A DNA stretch of 64,000 nt from a virus: positions 1 to 64,000 of the IMG/VR virus record IMGVR_UViG_3300042934_000519. The stretch is one strand, 5' to 3'. The notes beneath the pieces were generated by a model. The model worked only from the letters and a program-made list of their open reading frames with translations, ran no database searches and was not told the DNA's origin. Below, piece after piece: positions 38,247 to 47,700 of this stretch. Each line of letters starts with the position of its first letter. Within the stretch, counting starts at the first letter, position 1. Both the position numbers and the translations under genes were made by a program.

Positions 38247-38335
38247 TTCAATTCGAAAATATCATGGCAATACATTGTAGTGATGAGTAAGGAGAACAAT
38301 CTACTTACCTTAACCTTATCGTCGGAGATTACCCC
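38247..38335 (+). promoter_or_regulatory. Putative early promoter plus leader cassette, copy 2
   Basis: TTCAATTCGAAA..GGCAATACATT.. Confidence 0.7.
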
Positions 38336-38974
38336 ATGAACATGCCTACCATCCCTACCGTTCACAACACCATCGACACTCAAGCCATCGTTGACGCTGT
38401 GCGCGCTAACGGCTTCAAAGCGCTGGACGATCACCACAACGGTCGTAAAGAAATGCAACTGGACGGCGTTGCAGTACTGTGGCGTGACGAGAAACAAACC
38501 GTTGTGGCCTTGTTCACCAAGACCTTCAGCGATTATTACACCATCAACGAAATCCGTGTCGACGAAGACGGCATCCCGCACGTGACTCGCAATGCCTGCG
38601 GCGGCACCATCTTCAACGCCACTGACGACGTCCATGCTGACGTCAAAGCCAATCGTGCTGATTACGATTGGAAGCTGATCGAGAAAATGCCTGCTCTGCA
38701 TCCAGGTTGGTTGGTGAACATCGTCACTCCCAAAGACGAGTACAACGATTTCATCGGCACTGAGATGTACGTCGAACATGCTCTGTCTGGCCTGCAACTG
38801 CGCATCAACACCAGCAAGCACCTCGACGCTGGCATCGCGACTCTGGACTCGGAAGAGTTCCGTAGCCGTCTGGACGTCGTCAAAGGCTTGAAAGAAGCGT
38901 GGCAAGTAGAGCCTACCAAGGCTAAAGCTGTACTGCTCAAGAAAGCCTGCGAAGAAGCTCGCTGCCTGCTGTAA
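38336..38974 (+). CDS. Putative early hypothetical protein
   Basis: GGAG RBS after cassette. Confidence 0.7.
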   Translation: MNMPTIPTVHNTIDTQAIVDAVRANGFKALDDHHNGRKEMQLDGVAVLWRDEKQTVVALFTKTFSDYYTINEIRVDEDGIPHVTRNACGGTIFNATDDVHADVKANRADYDWKLIEKMPALHPGWLVNIVTPKDEYNDFIGTEMYVEHALSGLQLRINTSKHLDAGIATLDSEEFRSRLDVVKGLKEAWQVEPTKAKAVLLKKACEEARCLL

Positions 38975-39013
38975 CCTGCAACACCCTAACCATTGATCTA
39001 TTAGGAGATCACA

Positions 39014-39670
39014 ATGCATTACGAAGTCGCTGTATCGCAACAAGACCTCACCGAGTTCACTTACAACACCAAAGAGGTTCATGCCAACCTGTACATCAGC
39101 CAGTTGCCCACTTACGAGGAAACAATTGGCTACGAGATCCGCGGGCATGTGGCGGTGATCAAGTTCGAAGAAACAGAGGGCGACCGTATCACCTACGGTA
39201 ACCCTTCCTACACGCTGCAAGCGGTTTCCCAAGTGATTGCGCTGGCCTGTGTTCTGCACAAGGTCAAGCACTTTCAACTGGGCGCTTCAGTACACACCAT
39301 CCACGTGGCAGTCAACGACCCGCAAGGCGCGTTCATTGCTAAACAGGGTCAGCCGGGTGTGGGCATCATCAAGCACCAAGTCAATGGCTTGGTGTTCAAA
39401 GAAGAAGGCAACTTCTTCATGGCGTTGGAAGGCGGCATGGTGTGCTCGTTGTACGTTGACAGAATGGGCACCTCACTCGGCCTCCAGCTGATTGACAGAA
39501 CTTTCCTCATTCGTTTTGAAGTTGAGGGTAAGTTCCATTATTACCCAATGGCCCTTGTGTTTACTGACCCGGTGGTACGTTCCTCGTACCTTAAACCATC
39601 AGACCCTTTCTTTGACTGGGACAGTAAGCGTGAAGAAATTGAACAGTTTGTTGAGGAATGGACAAAATGA
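39014..39670 (+). CDS. Hypothetical protein
   Basis: AGGAG RBS. Confidence 0.7.
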   Translation: MHYEVAVSQQDLTEFTYNTKEVHANLYISQLPTYEETIGYEIRGHVAVIKFEETEGDRITYGNPSYTLQAVSQVIALACVLHKVKHFQLGASVHTIHVAVNDPQGAFIAKQGQPGVGIIKHQVNGLVFKEEGNFFMALEGGMVCSLYVDRMGTSLGLQLIDRTFLIRFEVEGKFHYYPMALVFTDPVVRSSYLKPSDPFFDWDSKREEIEQFVEEWTK

Positions 39671-39969
39671 CTACTACCGTTGACGTGCACCATCACGAAG
39701 GTGTGCTGTTCCAAAAGGTTGCCGCTGAGACTGGCATTACTTACGTCGCTGTCGACCCGGCTGAAATCAAGCACATGGACCGGCGCCTGCTGGTCCGCCA
39801 CGGCGACCCTGAGAAGGGCAGCTGCGGCTACTACCCAGCGTGGCTGCTGGTGGCGGGTGATGAGACCCGCAAGCGTATCGCTCAAGAGAAAGGCAAACGT
39901 CCACCGCATCACTCGTGGATCATTGGCAAAATCATGTCCCTGACTGCGTCGGGGGCACAGTTCCTCTAA
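39667..39969 (+). CDS. Hypothetical protein
   Basis: Coupled to upstream gene. Confidence 0.6.
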   Translation: MTTTVDVHHHEGVLFQKVAAETGITYVAVDPAEIKHMDRRLLVRHGDPEKGSCGYYPAWLLVAGDETRKRIAQEKGKRPPHHSWIIGKIMSLTASGAQFL

Positions 39970-40006
39970 GCTTCATCCCTAACCTTGATCATTGGAGATC
40001 ACCGCT

Positions 40007-40417
40007 ATGTCGTTCCTTAAAGCTGCTGTATCCGTTGCTGCTGTTGCTGGCGTAGGCTTTCTCGGCTACAAAATCTGCAAGTCCAAGAAAGTCCGCAAGG
40101 CTGCTGCCATCGCTGTTCAAGTGATGGCAGCTCCTTCGCCTGCTCCGCGTCCTACCTACCACGAACCCGTGCGCCCTGTGGCCACTGTCGTGGTGACTGA
40201 AACCGAAACCTCCGTCAAGGCTGACAAGTCCAAGATGGAAGGTGTCATGGGCGTTGCTGCTCATGTCAAAGCCCAACCTGTCAAAGTACACGTACGTGCT
40301 TCGGCCCGTACTACCGAAATCGAAGTAGAACGTACCACTGCTGCCAACCTGAAACCCCTCTCCGATAAAGAGATGGAAAACAAGTTCGGCTTCAGCGGCG
40401 CTACTCTGCCTCAGTGA
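40007..40417 (+). CDS. Small N-anchored membrane protein
   Basis: Ala/Val/Gly TM followed by a Lys cluster; GGAG RBS. Confidence 0.65.
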   Translation: MSFLKAAVSVAAVAGVGFLGYKICKSKKVRKAAAIAVQVMAAPSPAPRPTYHEPVRPVATVVVTETETSVKADKSKMEGVMGVAAHVKAQPVKVHVRASARTTEIEVERTTAANLKPLSDKEMENKFGFSGATLPQ

Positions 40418-40466
40418 TCCATCAACCCTTGCAACACAACCCTTACCTAACCTCAGGAAGTTACTC

Positions 40467-41765
40467 ATGTCTACTAAACTCTTCAACGAAGATGGCACCA
40501 TTGTAATCCGTCACGTCAGCGACGCTAATGTGACCGATCATGTCCCGGCTCACGTGTATCGTTTGCGCGAACACCCGATGAGCAGCGATCTGTACCTGGT
40601 GCCTGATCGCCTGAAGTTCGACGTCCCGGCCAAGTTCTACGGTCGGCACAATACCCACAAGCAAGAGATCCTCACTGCTTACAACAAGCACGAAGGTTCG
40701 GTGGGTGTTCTGCTGCGCGGTATTAAAGGCGCGGGCAAGTCGGCGTTGGCAGAAGACCTGTGCAACACGGTCCTGGAAAAGTACCTGCCGGTACTGTTTG
40801 TTGACCGTCCGTTCTCCCCCGCAGTGCTGCAACGTGTGACCACCCAAATGGGCCCATGCGTGGTGTACTTCGATGAGTTCGGCAAAGTGTACGGCGCTAA
40901 GGAACGCCGCGACCTGCTGACCTACTTCTCGGACTCCTCGTTCAAGAAGGTGATGTTCATCGTCACCAGCAACAGTAAGAAAGAACTCGACAAGTACATG
41001 ATCGACCGTCCGGGTCGTTTCCTGTTCCGCATCGACTTCAAAGCACTGGACCCACTGGCCATCATCGAGATGATTGACGACCACGGGTTGAAAGGCGAAA
41101 TGGCTCAGATGATGAACGCCTACGTGAATAACAACACGGTGACGTTCGACATGCTGCGCTTCTTGATGCCGATCGCGGTGGAAGCAGGGAACTACATGGA
41201 ATTCAATCGCCGGATCGAAATCCTGAACTGCCCGCCGCCGGTCTACCCTCACCTGACCCCGACCAAGGTCATCTTCCAAGGCGAACCGTTCTACGGCTAC
41301 GTCAAGCTGGGTGTGTCTCCGGGCATGAAGTTCACCATTGAACTGAAAACCGAAACCGACCCTGAGCCGCTCTACAAGGGCGAGTTCGACATGAACACCC
41401 GTAACCAGGTCCTTACCGAGAACTTCCTCGGTGTCGAACGTCAGTTCGTTCTGGAAGGCGACGTGATCGTGTTGGCCCGTGAAGAATGGCGCAACACTGT
41501 GCAAGAAAGCCGTAGCGATCGCTTCCGTGATCCTGCACTGGATGTCAAGCGTGAGGAGGCTCCTCGCGAAATCGGCATGTCGATGTCTGACATCATGCAC
41601 ATGGGCGGTATGGGTAGCATGTTCAGAACGCGCTCGGAACTGCTCGGTGGCGGTATGTCGGAAGATCAGAAGAAGCTGTTGGAACTGGCAGACTTTATCG
41701 TCAAGAACAACAAGCCTGCTGAAACGGCGGCTGTAGAAGAGACTGAAAGCGAAACTGCCAAGTAA
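40467..41765 (+). CDS. AAA+ ATPase
   Basis: Walker A GIKGAGKS, Walker B VVYFDE, sensor TSN, DRPGR arginine finger. Confidence 0.88.
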   Translation: MSTKLFNEDGTIVIRHVSDANVTDHVPAHVYRLREHPMSSDLYLVPDRLKFDVPAKFYGRHNTHKQEILTAYNKHEGSVGVLLRGIKGAGKSALAEDLCNTVLEKYLPVLFVDRPFSPAVLQRVTTQMGPCVVYFDEFGKVYGAKERRDLLTYFSDSSFKKVMFIVTSNSKKELDKYMIDRPGRFLFRIDFKALDPLAIIEMIDDHGLKGEMAQMMNAYVNNNTVTFDMLRFLMPIAVEAGNYMEFNRRIEILNCPPPVYPHLTPTKVIFQGEPFYGYVKLGVSPGMKFTIELKTETDPEPLYKGEFDMNTRNQVLTENFLGVERQFVLEGDVIVLAREEWRNTVQESRSDRFRDPALDVKREEAPREIGMSMSDIMHMGGMGSMFRTRSELLGGGMSEDQKKLLELADFIVKNNKPAETAAVEETESETAK

Positions 41766-41818
41766 CGGCATAGACAGGGAGCCTCACGGCTCCCTGTCTA
41801 GCTTTCTTTTTTCTTTGG
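41766..41818. terminator. Bidirectional terminator cassette
   Basis: CGGCATA-hairpin-TTTCTTTTTTCTTTGG. Confidence 0.8.
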
Positions 41819-42943
41819 TTACTTGATGGAGCGGTCGAAGTATTTCACCACGGCCACGGCCACTTGGTACTGGTTCAACGAATTCATGATGCCCCACGTC
41901 CAACTTTCAGGGTCAGACTGGAAGTAGAAGCGTCCGTAGAACTCGTCGTACAGGTTGTTGTCTGCGTCGTAAATCCATTTGGTGAACCGGCCACCGTCCT
42001 TGAAATCCAACCACGGGAACCACAGCAGTTTCATGCTAGGGTCCCAGTCCGGATCAGTCAACATGTCCTTGAGCAGTTTGGCTGCATACATCGCATCTTT
42101 CTTGGCCAGTGCCTGCATTTCTTTAACCGGGGTCGGTTCAGGCGTTGGAACCATGTCGATGCGGTCGTATTTACCCAAGGTAGGGACTTTGTTGCCCAGA
42201 CTGGTGGTTTGAATCTTTGGCAGTTTGGACACAGGGCTTGGGATGGCGTTGAGTTCCTCAACTGCTTGGCGCACCACTTCAAGAGCAGCTTCATCGTCAA
42301 GCGGTTTGTTGGCACACGCCATTTCCACACGCTTCTCGATCCCCGCTACTTTGGTGGCAATTGGCTTGAGCACTTGCGCCCAGGCCTTGCAGAACCCTTC
42401 AAGACTCCCCTTCGCCACGTTGATATTCCAGATCGGCGACGTGGTGATGTTGTCGTTGACCAAGAAGTGCTGGTAGATGTCACTGGCAGGCACCATGCCC
42501 TCCACGAACGTCTGTTTGTCCAGCCACTTCTGGTTCAGGTAGGTCTTTTCCAGTTCAGCCACGAACTTGGCCACCGCTTCACGGTGCTTTGCGTTGTACT
42601 CTTTCTTTTCAGGCAGAGTGCGCGGTTTCTTTCGACCGAAGATGGACAACGACGAGGTCAACATGCCTACCAGCCCTTCAGTGGACACCTCTTCAATTCC
42701 TTGAGTGCCCCCGACTTGCGTCAGCAGGGTAGCGACACTCTGTTGGAGTTCGACGTTGTCTGGGTTGTTCTTGACCACGGTGTCCGTCATGGCCAATACA
42801 GCGTCGAGGGTGGCCTCTTCACGTTTCTCTTCTTCGATCGCACCGGCGATGTCTTCCAGAGAGGACATCAATGTCCGGTACGCGTTTCGAGATTCGCTGG
42901 GCATCGCATCTTCTAATGCGGCGCTTAAGGCAGATAGTCGCAT
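41819..42943 (-). CDS. Putative internal head protein (protease-processed)
   Basis: N-terminal ALE, SLE and STE motifs like phiKZ head-protease S/A/G-X-E sites. Confidence 0.6.
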   Translation of the reverse strand: MRLSALSAALEDAMPSESRNAYRTLMSSLEDIAGAIEEEKREEATLDAVLAMTDTVVKNNPDNVELQQSVATLLTQVGGTQGIEEVSTEGLVGMLTSSLSIFGRKKPRTLPEKKEYNAKHREAVAKFVAELEKTYLNQKWLDKQTFVEGMVPASDIYQHFLVNDNITTSPIWNINVAKGSLEGFCKAWAQVLKPIATKVAGIEKRVEMACANKPLDDEAALEVVRQAVEELNAIPSPVSKLPKIQTTSLGNKVPTLGKYDRIDMVPTPEPTPVKEMQALAKKDAMYAAKLLKDMLTDPDWDPSMKLLWFPWLDFKDGGRFTKWIYDADNNLYDEFYGRFYFQSDPESWTWGIMNSLNQYQVAVAVVKYFDRSIK

Positions 42944-42945
42944 GA

Positions 42946-45051
42946 TTACGGCTCGTCTTCTGGTGGGGTAGGTTCTGCCACGTCAATCGGCAACTGCTCA
43001 CGCAGCTGTTCGATAAACGCTTCAGCATTGGTGATCGTGGCGATCGAGTTGTCGACCAAGTCTTCCAGCGAGGCTTCCACATCGTCCGGAGTCTTCACCC
43101 CCAGGATGGTTTCCACCGTTTCCTTGGACCATTGCAGGATGTCCTTGGAGCGCGTGGAGATGTTTGGTGCTTCGCCAGTATCAAGGAAGATGTCGTGCAC
43201 ATGGCAGCGCTGCTTCTGACCGATACGGTCCACACGAGCCACCGTCTGCGTCCGCTCGTAATCACGGAACGGGGAGTTGGTGAACGCCAGTGTATTGGCC
43301 ACCGTCAGAGGCACAGCCGTTGACAACGACTTGAAGGTCGCCACCAGAGGGTTGGCATCTGGGTCATCGTGGAACTTCTTGATGATCGCAGGCAAGTCCT
43401 TGTTGGTTTCCCCGTAGACGAAGAGCGGCTTGTACCCCGCTTGCACCAACAACACTTCCAAGGCTTTGACCACTTCCACGTAACTGGTAAAGATCACCGT
43501 CTTGCTCAAGGCATTGTCGATGATGTCTTCCAGCGGCATGTTGGCGAGCATGTCCAAGTGACACTGAATGCGCATCCGACCCAAGACCTGCGACAGCGCT
43601 TCGCCCAGCACCTTCAGTTCCACGTACTTGATGATCGCTCGCACGTTCAAGAACGGCTTGCGGTACTGCTCGGGGAGAGAAGGCACAATGTTCTTCAGCT
43701 CGTACCGGTTGCAGTACATCACCATGTCTTTCATGGTCACAGGATCGTAACCACGGCGGATCTGCTTGATGTAGCCTTTATACATCTCGAAGTCTTTGTT
43801 CTGCTGGGGTGAGCCACGGGCAATGGACTTCTGGTGCAGTTCCATGCAGGTGTCGTACAGCTTCATGTACTCCGGCATGCCCTTCTGGTAGAACTTGAGC
43901 TGCTCGGCGATGAAGTTGGTCATCTTGGTGCGGATCGAGTCCAAGGTGTAGTCAGCACCGTTAGGGATCTTCACCGTGACCGTGTGGTAATCCACGCCGG
44001 GTGTTTCAATGTCTTGTTTGAGCACCTTAAAGGACAGGATACCGATTCGGTTGGCCAGAATCTCCAGCGAACGCTTGGCCTCCTTACCGAACATCTTGCG
44101 GAACGCTTCACGGGCTTCAGGGGTGAAGTCATCGCAGAGCGTGGTCAGCAAGGTGATCGCTTCAGAGCCCATGGCCTTAAGCGGTGTACCCGAAGCATGC
44201 ACCACGTCTTTGCACTGAAGTGTCCGGCACAGGTCGATCAGGTGGGCTGAGCGTTGGCTGGACTCTTCGTTGAAGTTGTGCGATTCGTCGATGTCGATGA
44301 ACGACTTACCAAACGAGCGAGGATTGGCCTTGACGAACTTGAGGAACTTCTCCAAGTAGTCGTAGTGCACGATGTAGATCTTCTTGCCCAGCACTGGTTC
44401 AGTACCGTGCATGGACGACCAGTAATCCGGGATACCCGACTTGAAGAAGAACTTGCCACCGAAGACCGGGGACTCCTTTGCAATGGTTTTCTCCCAGACA
44501 TCCACAGCCGCGTTCTTGGGACAGATGAAGATCTGAGTGTCCGCATTCAGACACAAGCCCAGTGCGTACCCGGTGATCGTCTTACCGCCACCTGCGGCCA
44601 CGTCCATGAGCATCCCATTGAGGGAATACTCCTGCGTCACGCGGTCGTAGTTATGTAAAAAATTGTCTTGGTGGGCAAATAGTGTGACGTTAAGTTCCTT
44701 AAGCCGGGAGAAATCCAGCTTTGACTTAAAATCACTGGAGCCTATTTTCTTGAGCCATGTATGAAGGCGTATCTCTTCAATGGTCTTAAGGAGGATGCGA
44801 CGGGGTACTGACGTTCGGCGACTTTCGAGCAACCGTTCCAGCATGTACAACACTTCGATTGCAAAGAACCGAGGACACTTGATCTGGGACTTGGTAATAG
44901 AAGAGAACATGTTGGTGTTGATCTTACTGGTTTTCCAGTAATTATACACGTCTCGACTGAATCGCAGCCCAGGGATACCATTCACTATAATGTGAGAATC
45001 CGTTTCTTTAACAGACACGAACCCAACGAGTCGTGCAACACTACCGTACAT
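42946..45051 (-). CDS. SF2 (DExH) helicase
   Basis: AAGGGKT, IDESH, SGT and RVDRIGQ motifs. Confidence 0.9.
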   Translation of the reverse strand: MYGSVARLVGFVSVKETDSHIIVNGIPGLRFSRDVYNYWKTSKINTNMFSSITKSQIKCPRFFAIEVLYMLERLLESRRTSVPRRILLKTIEEIRLHTWLKKIGSSDFKSKLDFSRLKELNVTLFAHQDNFLHNYDRVTQEYSLNGMLMDVAAGGGKTITGYALGLCLNADTQIFICPKNAAVDVWEKTIAKESPVFGGKFFFKSGIPDYWSSMHGTEPVLGKKIYIVHYDYLEKFLKFVKANPRSFGKSFIDIDESHNFNEESSQRSAHLIDLCRTLQCKDVVHASGTPLKAMGSEAITLLTTLCDDFTPEAREAFRKMFGKEAKRSLEILANRIGILSFKVLKQDIETPGVDYHTVTVKIPNGADYTLDSIRTKMTNFIAEQLKFYQKGMPEYMKLYDTCMELHQKSIARGSPQQNKDFEMYKGYIKQIRRGYDPVTMKDMVMYCNRYELKNIVPSLPEQYRKPFLNVRAIIKYVELKVLGEALSQVLGRMRIQCHLDMLANMPLEDIIDNALSKTVIFTSYVEVVKALEVLLVQAGYKPLFVYGETNKDLPAIIKKFHDDPDANPLVATFKSLSTAVPLTVANTLAFTNSPFRDYERTQTVARVDRIGQKQRCHVHDIFLDTGEAPNISTRSKDILQWSKETVETILGVKTPDDVEASLEDLVDNSIATITNAEAFIEQLREQLPIDVAEPTPPEDEP

Positions 45052-45100
45052 TGTTCTATTCCTTAATAACTAGGGAATCAGGATAAAAGAGGATCATAAG

Positions 45101-46207
45101 ATGACTCAAGTTAACAAGGCAGCCGGTGGCAGCGTCCACCAGCAGCACGCCGAGGTGGTCAAGTTTCGTTCCAGCTTGGAAGCGTTGATGGTTGCCGGAC
45201 GCGAGTTCCTGGGCAATCCGTCACTGGAAGATTCCCAGGCTGTGGCATTCACCACGCTGACAGAAGACGTTCTGGAGCCAGCCGGTCTGGACGAAGAACT
45301 CAAAAAGATCGACGGTGTGGCGGACCCTGCTTCCAAGATCGAACTGATCATGCAGGACATCATCCAGCCTCAGCTGACCACCGTGGCCAAACTCGAAGAG
45401 CACCTTGCTCAGAAAGCCGAAGGCCAAGTCGATGAGCCGTTCACCACCCGTGACCAGATGACTGCTGCGCCGTCGTTTGAATCGATCGTGGTCGAGCGTG
45501 ATGAGCTACGCCTGTTCTCTCACGGCCTGCACTCGCTCAAGGTCATGGCATCGATGGAAGGCGTCACTGCGGACCACATGCGTCCTATGCTGAGCCACTT
45601 CCTGCGCCAAGTGCCGGACATCACCGCCCAACTGAACATCTCCATTGAAAACATGGAAGAGACTCAGGTGCTGGGCGAGATGACTGAAGCCGTTGACCGC
45701 ATGACCGCGGTGGTTGAGAACGCTCGTACCTTGGCTGAAACCCAAGTCAACGACGCTCGTGGCCAGAACGCTCAGATCGAAACCGACAACGCCACTGACT
45801 GGACCGAGAACCTGTTGGCCAAAGTCGAGAGCACCAAGCAATCGGGCGCTGTGTTGGACGACGACGTCAAAGTCTCCAGCACTCCATCTGACGGCACTGT
45901 GGCTTCGACCGACACCACTGGTTCCACTGACATGGAAGTGGACGAGACCGGTATTGACGGCGGTGAGGCAGGTGAAGCAGAAGCACTGGCAGCCGATGCT
46001 GCTGTGGCTGATGCAGACGCTGCGGCGGCTGAAGTCGATGCCAACACCGACACCGGTGCAGGCACTGGCGATGACGCTGGCAAGTCGTTGGGTGAAAACG
46101 CTGACGAGTTGAAAGACAACGTCGAAGAGCCTGAACTCGATGACGACGGTAACCCGATCGTCAAAGAAGAAGAGCAGGAAGAAGAAGAGGAAGAAGAGGT
46201 CAAGTGA
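45101..46207 (+). CDS. Acidic head/scaffold-like virion protein
   Basis: Multiple SLE/SFE/SME/SIE motifs; highly acidic C-terminus. Confidence 0.6.
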   Translation: MTQVNKAAGGSVHQQHAEVVKFRSSLEALMVAGREFLGNPSLEDSQAVAFTTLTEDVLEPAGLDEELKKIDGVADPASKIELIMQDIIQPQLTTVAKLEEHLAQKAEGQVDEPFTTRDQMTAAPSFESIVVERDELRLFSHGLHSLKVMASMEGVTADHMRPMLSHFLRQVPDITAQLNISIENMEETQVLGEMTEAVDRMTAVVENARTLAETQVNDARGQNAQIETDNATDWTENLLAKVESTKQSGAVLDDDVKVSSTPSDGTVASTDTTGSTDMEVDETGIDGGEAGEAEALAADAAVADADAAAAEVDANTDTGAGTGDDAGKSLGENADELKDNVEEPELDDDGNPIVKEEEQEEEEEEEVK

Positions 46208-46239
46208 CCTAGTCTTTTAAAACTGTGTCTCTACCATTA

Positions 46240-46686
46240 TATGTAGGAAACACGCTCTTTAAGAAACTGTTCTCCAACCAAACGCCACTGGCGTAACTAG
46301 GACGCTTCCATCGAGTCGCGTTCGGCTGCTCTTAATGGCAGCCCCAGAAGGACTAGGGGGCCTTAGGGTCCCCTCTTCCACTATTTTGTTGCAGCCCCAT
46401 GAACTCGTCGTGATAGTGGGGTTTTGAGGGATAGTTCCATACGACCCAGGTGAGTCCGCCTTAGACTCTACCGCACCCTGGTGCTCGTGTGGTAAACGAT
46501 GAAGCGTTGATGGTTTTGCCTCCGCATCGCTGTGACTAGGTAAGTGCCCGCTCCTCACTTGCTCGGTCAGTGTACAGCCTCTAGTGTCCACCGGTCCGGC
46601 TATAACCGTCTGGTCACTAGGGGATGAACATTGCTCTACAGCACTGAATAGACAGGAGGGCAACCTCCTGTCTTTCTTTTATGCCG
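46240..46686 (+). ncRNA. Candidate structured ncRNA of about 440 nt
   Basis: TATG start; end-to-end helix 46268-46275/46622-46630; long-range helix 46301-46314/46497-46508; terminator plus TATGCCG. Confidence 0.55.
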
Positions 46687-46698
46687 TAAGGACCCTTT

Positions 46699-47067
46699 AT
46701 GAAATGGTACACCCTCGCCATTCCTCAATGGCGTAAAGCGAAAGCATTGGGGATTGAGACGTTGGACATCACGGTCAAGTCAGGTGATAAACGCTTTGCC
46801 CCGTACGATGAAGTGCTGTGGGCCTACAAGCGCGGTGAGGTGTCTGATGAGGAGTACACCGAGATCTATCGCAGTAAGCTTACTAAGTTGCTCCACAGCG
46901 ATCCTAAGGCCATTGAGGACCTATTGACCGCAGAGGGTGAAGCAAAGGCTGTCATGTGTTACTGCACCGTAGGCAAGTTCTGTCACCGGCACATCTGGAT
47001 GGAGTTCATGCAGGATGTCGCAGACGATAACGGTATCCACTTCGAGCACTGTGGGGAAATAGTATGA
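46699..47067 (+). CDS. DUF488-like protein
   Basis: FAP...YK......YxxxY, CYC...FCHRH motif. Confidence 0.7.
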   Translation: MKWYTLAIPQWRKAKALGIETLDITVKSGDKRFAPYDEVLWAYKRGEVSDEEYTEIYRSKLTKLLHSDPKAIEDLLTAEGEAKAVMCYCTVGKFCHRHIWMEFMQDVADDNGIHFEHCGEIV

Positions 47068-47097
47068 CGCTCCATTCCTACACCCTTCAGGTGACGT

Positions 47098-47640
47098 ATG
47101 TCCAACGATTGCGATCAGTTTCTATTTGACCCCGAGAAGTCCGCCCTTGAGAACTTCTTTGCCCTTGTGTACCGTCGCAACAAAGTACGCCTGACGGATA
47201 AAGATGTAGCGGTGGGGGTACCTGTCTTCATCAACGATGACCCTGACGGTGATAACACCAAAGTCCGCTTGGACGGTAAACCCGGTGGACGATTCAAGAA
47301 CGGCGGTGACTGGTTCTACGCCCGTGCTGACATCGAGACCTATTACCCGGTCTACGACATTGACTTAGCTGCACTGGAAGGCATTACTACCAAAGCCCAG
47401 TTGATTGAATACATCGATGACCAGTTTGATCTGGTGGACGGTGAGTTTGACTTGGACCTTGAAGACCCGATTGGTTCTTTGATGGCCTACACCTCGATCA
47501 ACCTCAAAGCCAAACCGGCTTCTCTGATCTACATCGGTCAGAAGACCATCAACCTCTTCTGGTCTGGCGGTATCCGTCGGGTCACTGAAGAAGGCGTGAT
47601 GCGTGTAACAGACGATGGCCGTGTACGCGTACTCGACTAA
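47098..47640 (+). CDS. Putative virion structural protein (phiKZ-like repeat family)
   Basis: NTKV..FYARADI..SLIYIG pattern; similar to 50125-50661. Confidence 0.6.
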   Translation: MSNDCDQFLFDPEKSALENFFALVYRRNKVRLTDKDVAVGVPVFINDDPDGDNTKVRLDGKPGGRFKNGGDWFYARADIETYYPVYDIDLAALEGITTKAQLIEYIDDQFDLVDGEFDLDLEDPIGSLMAYTSINLKAKPASLIYIGQKTINLFWSGGIRRVTEEGVMRVTDDGRVRVLD

Positions 47641-47700
47641 CAGCATAGAGCCCCAGAGCCGTAGTGGCTCTGGGGCTCTATGCGTCACGCTACTGCGTCG

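Noticed and set aside
46259-46663. 134-aa minus-strand ORF
   Set aside because: TTG start inside the terminator loop, no RBS, composition not protein-like
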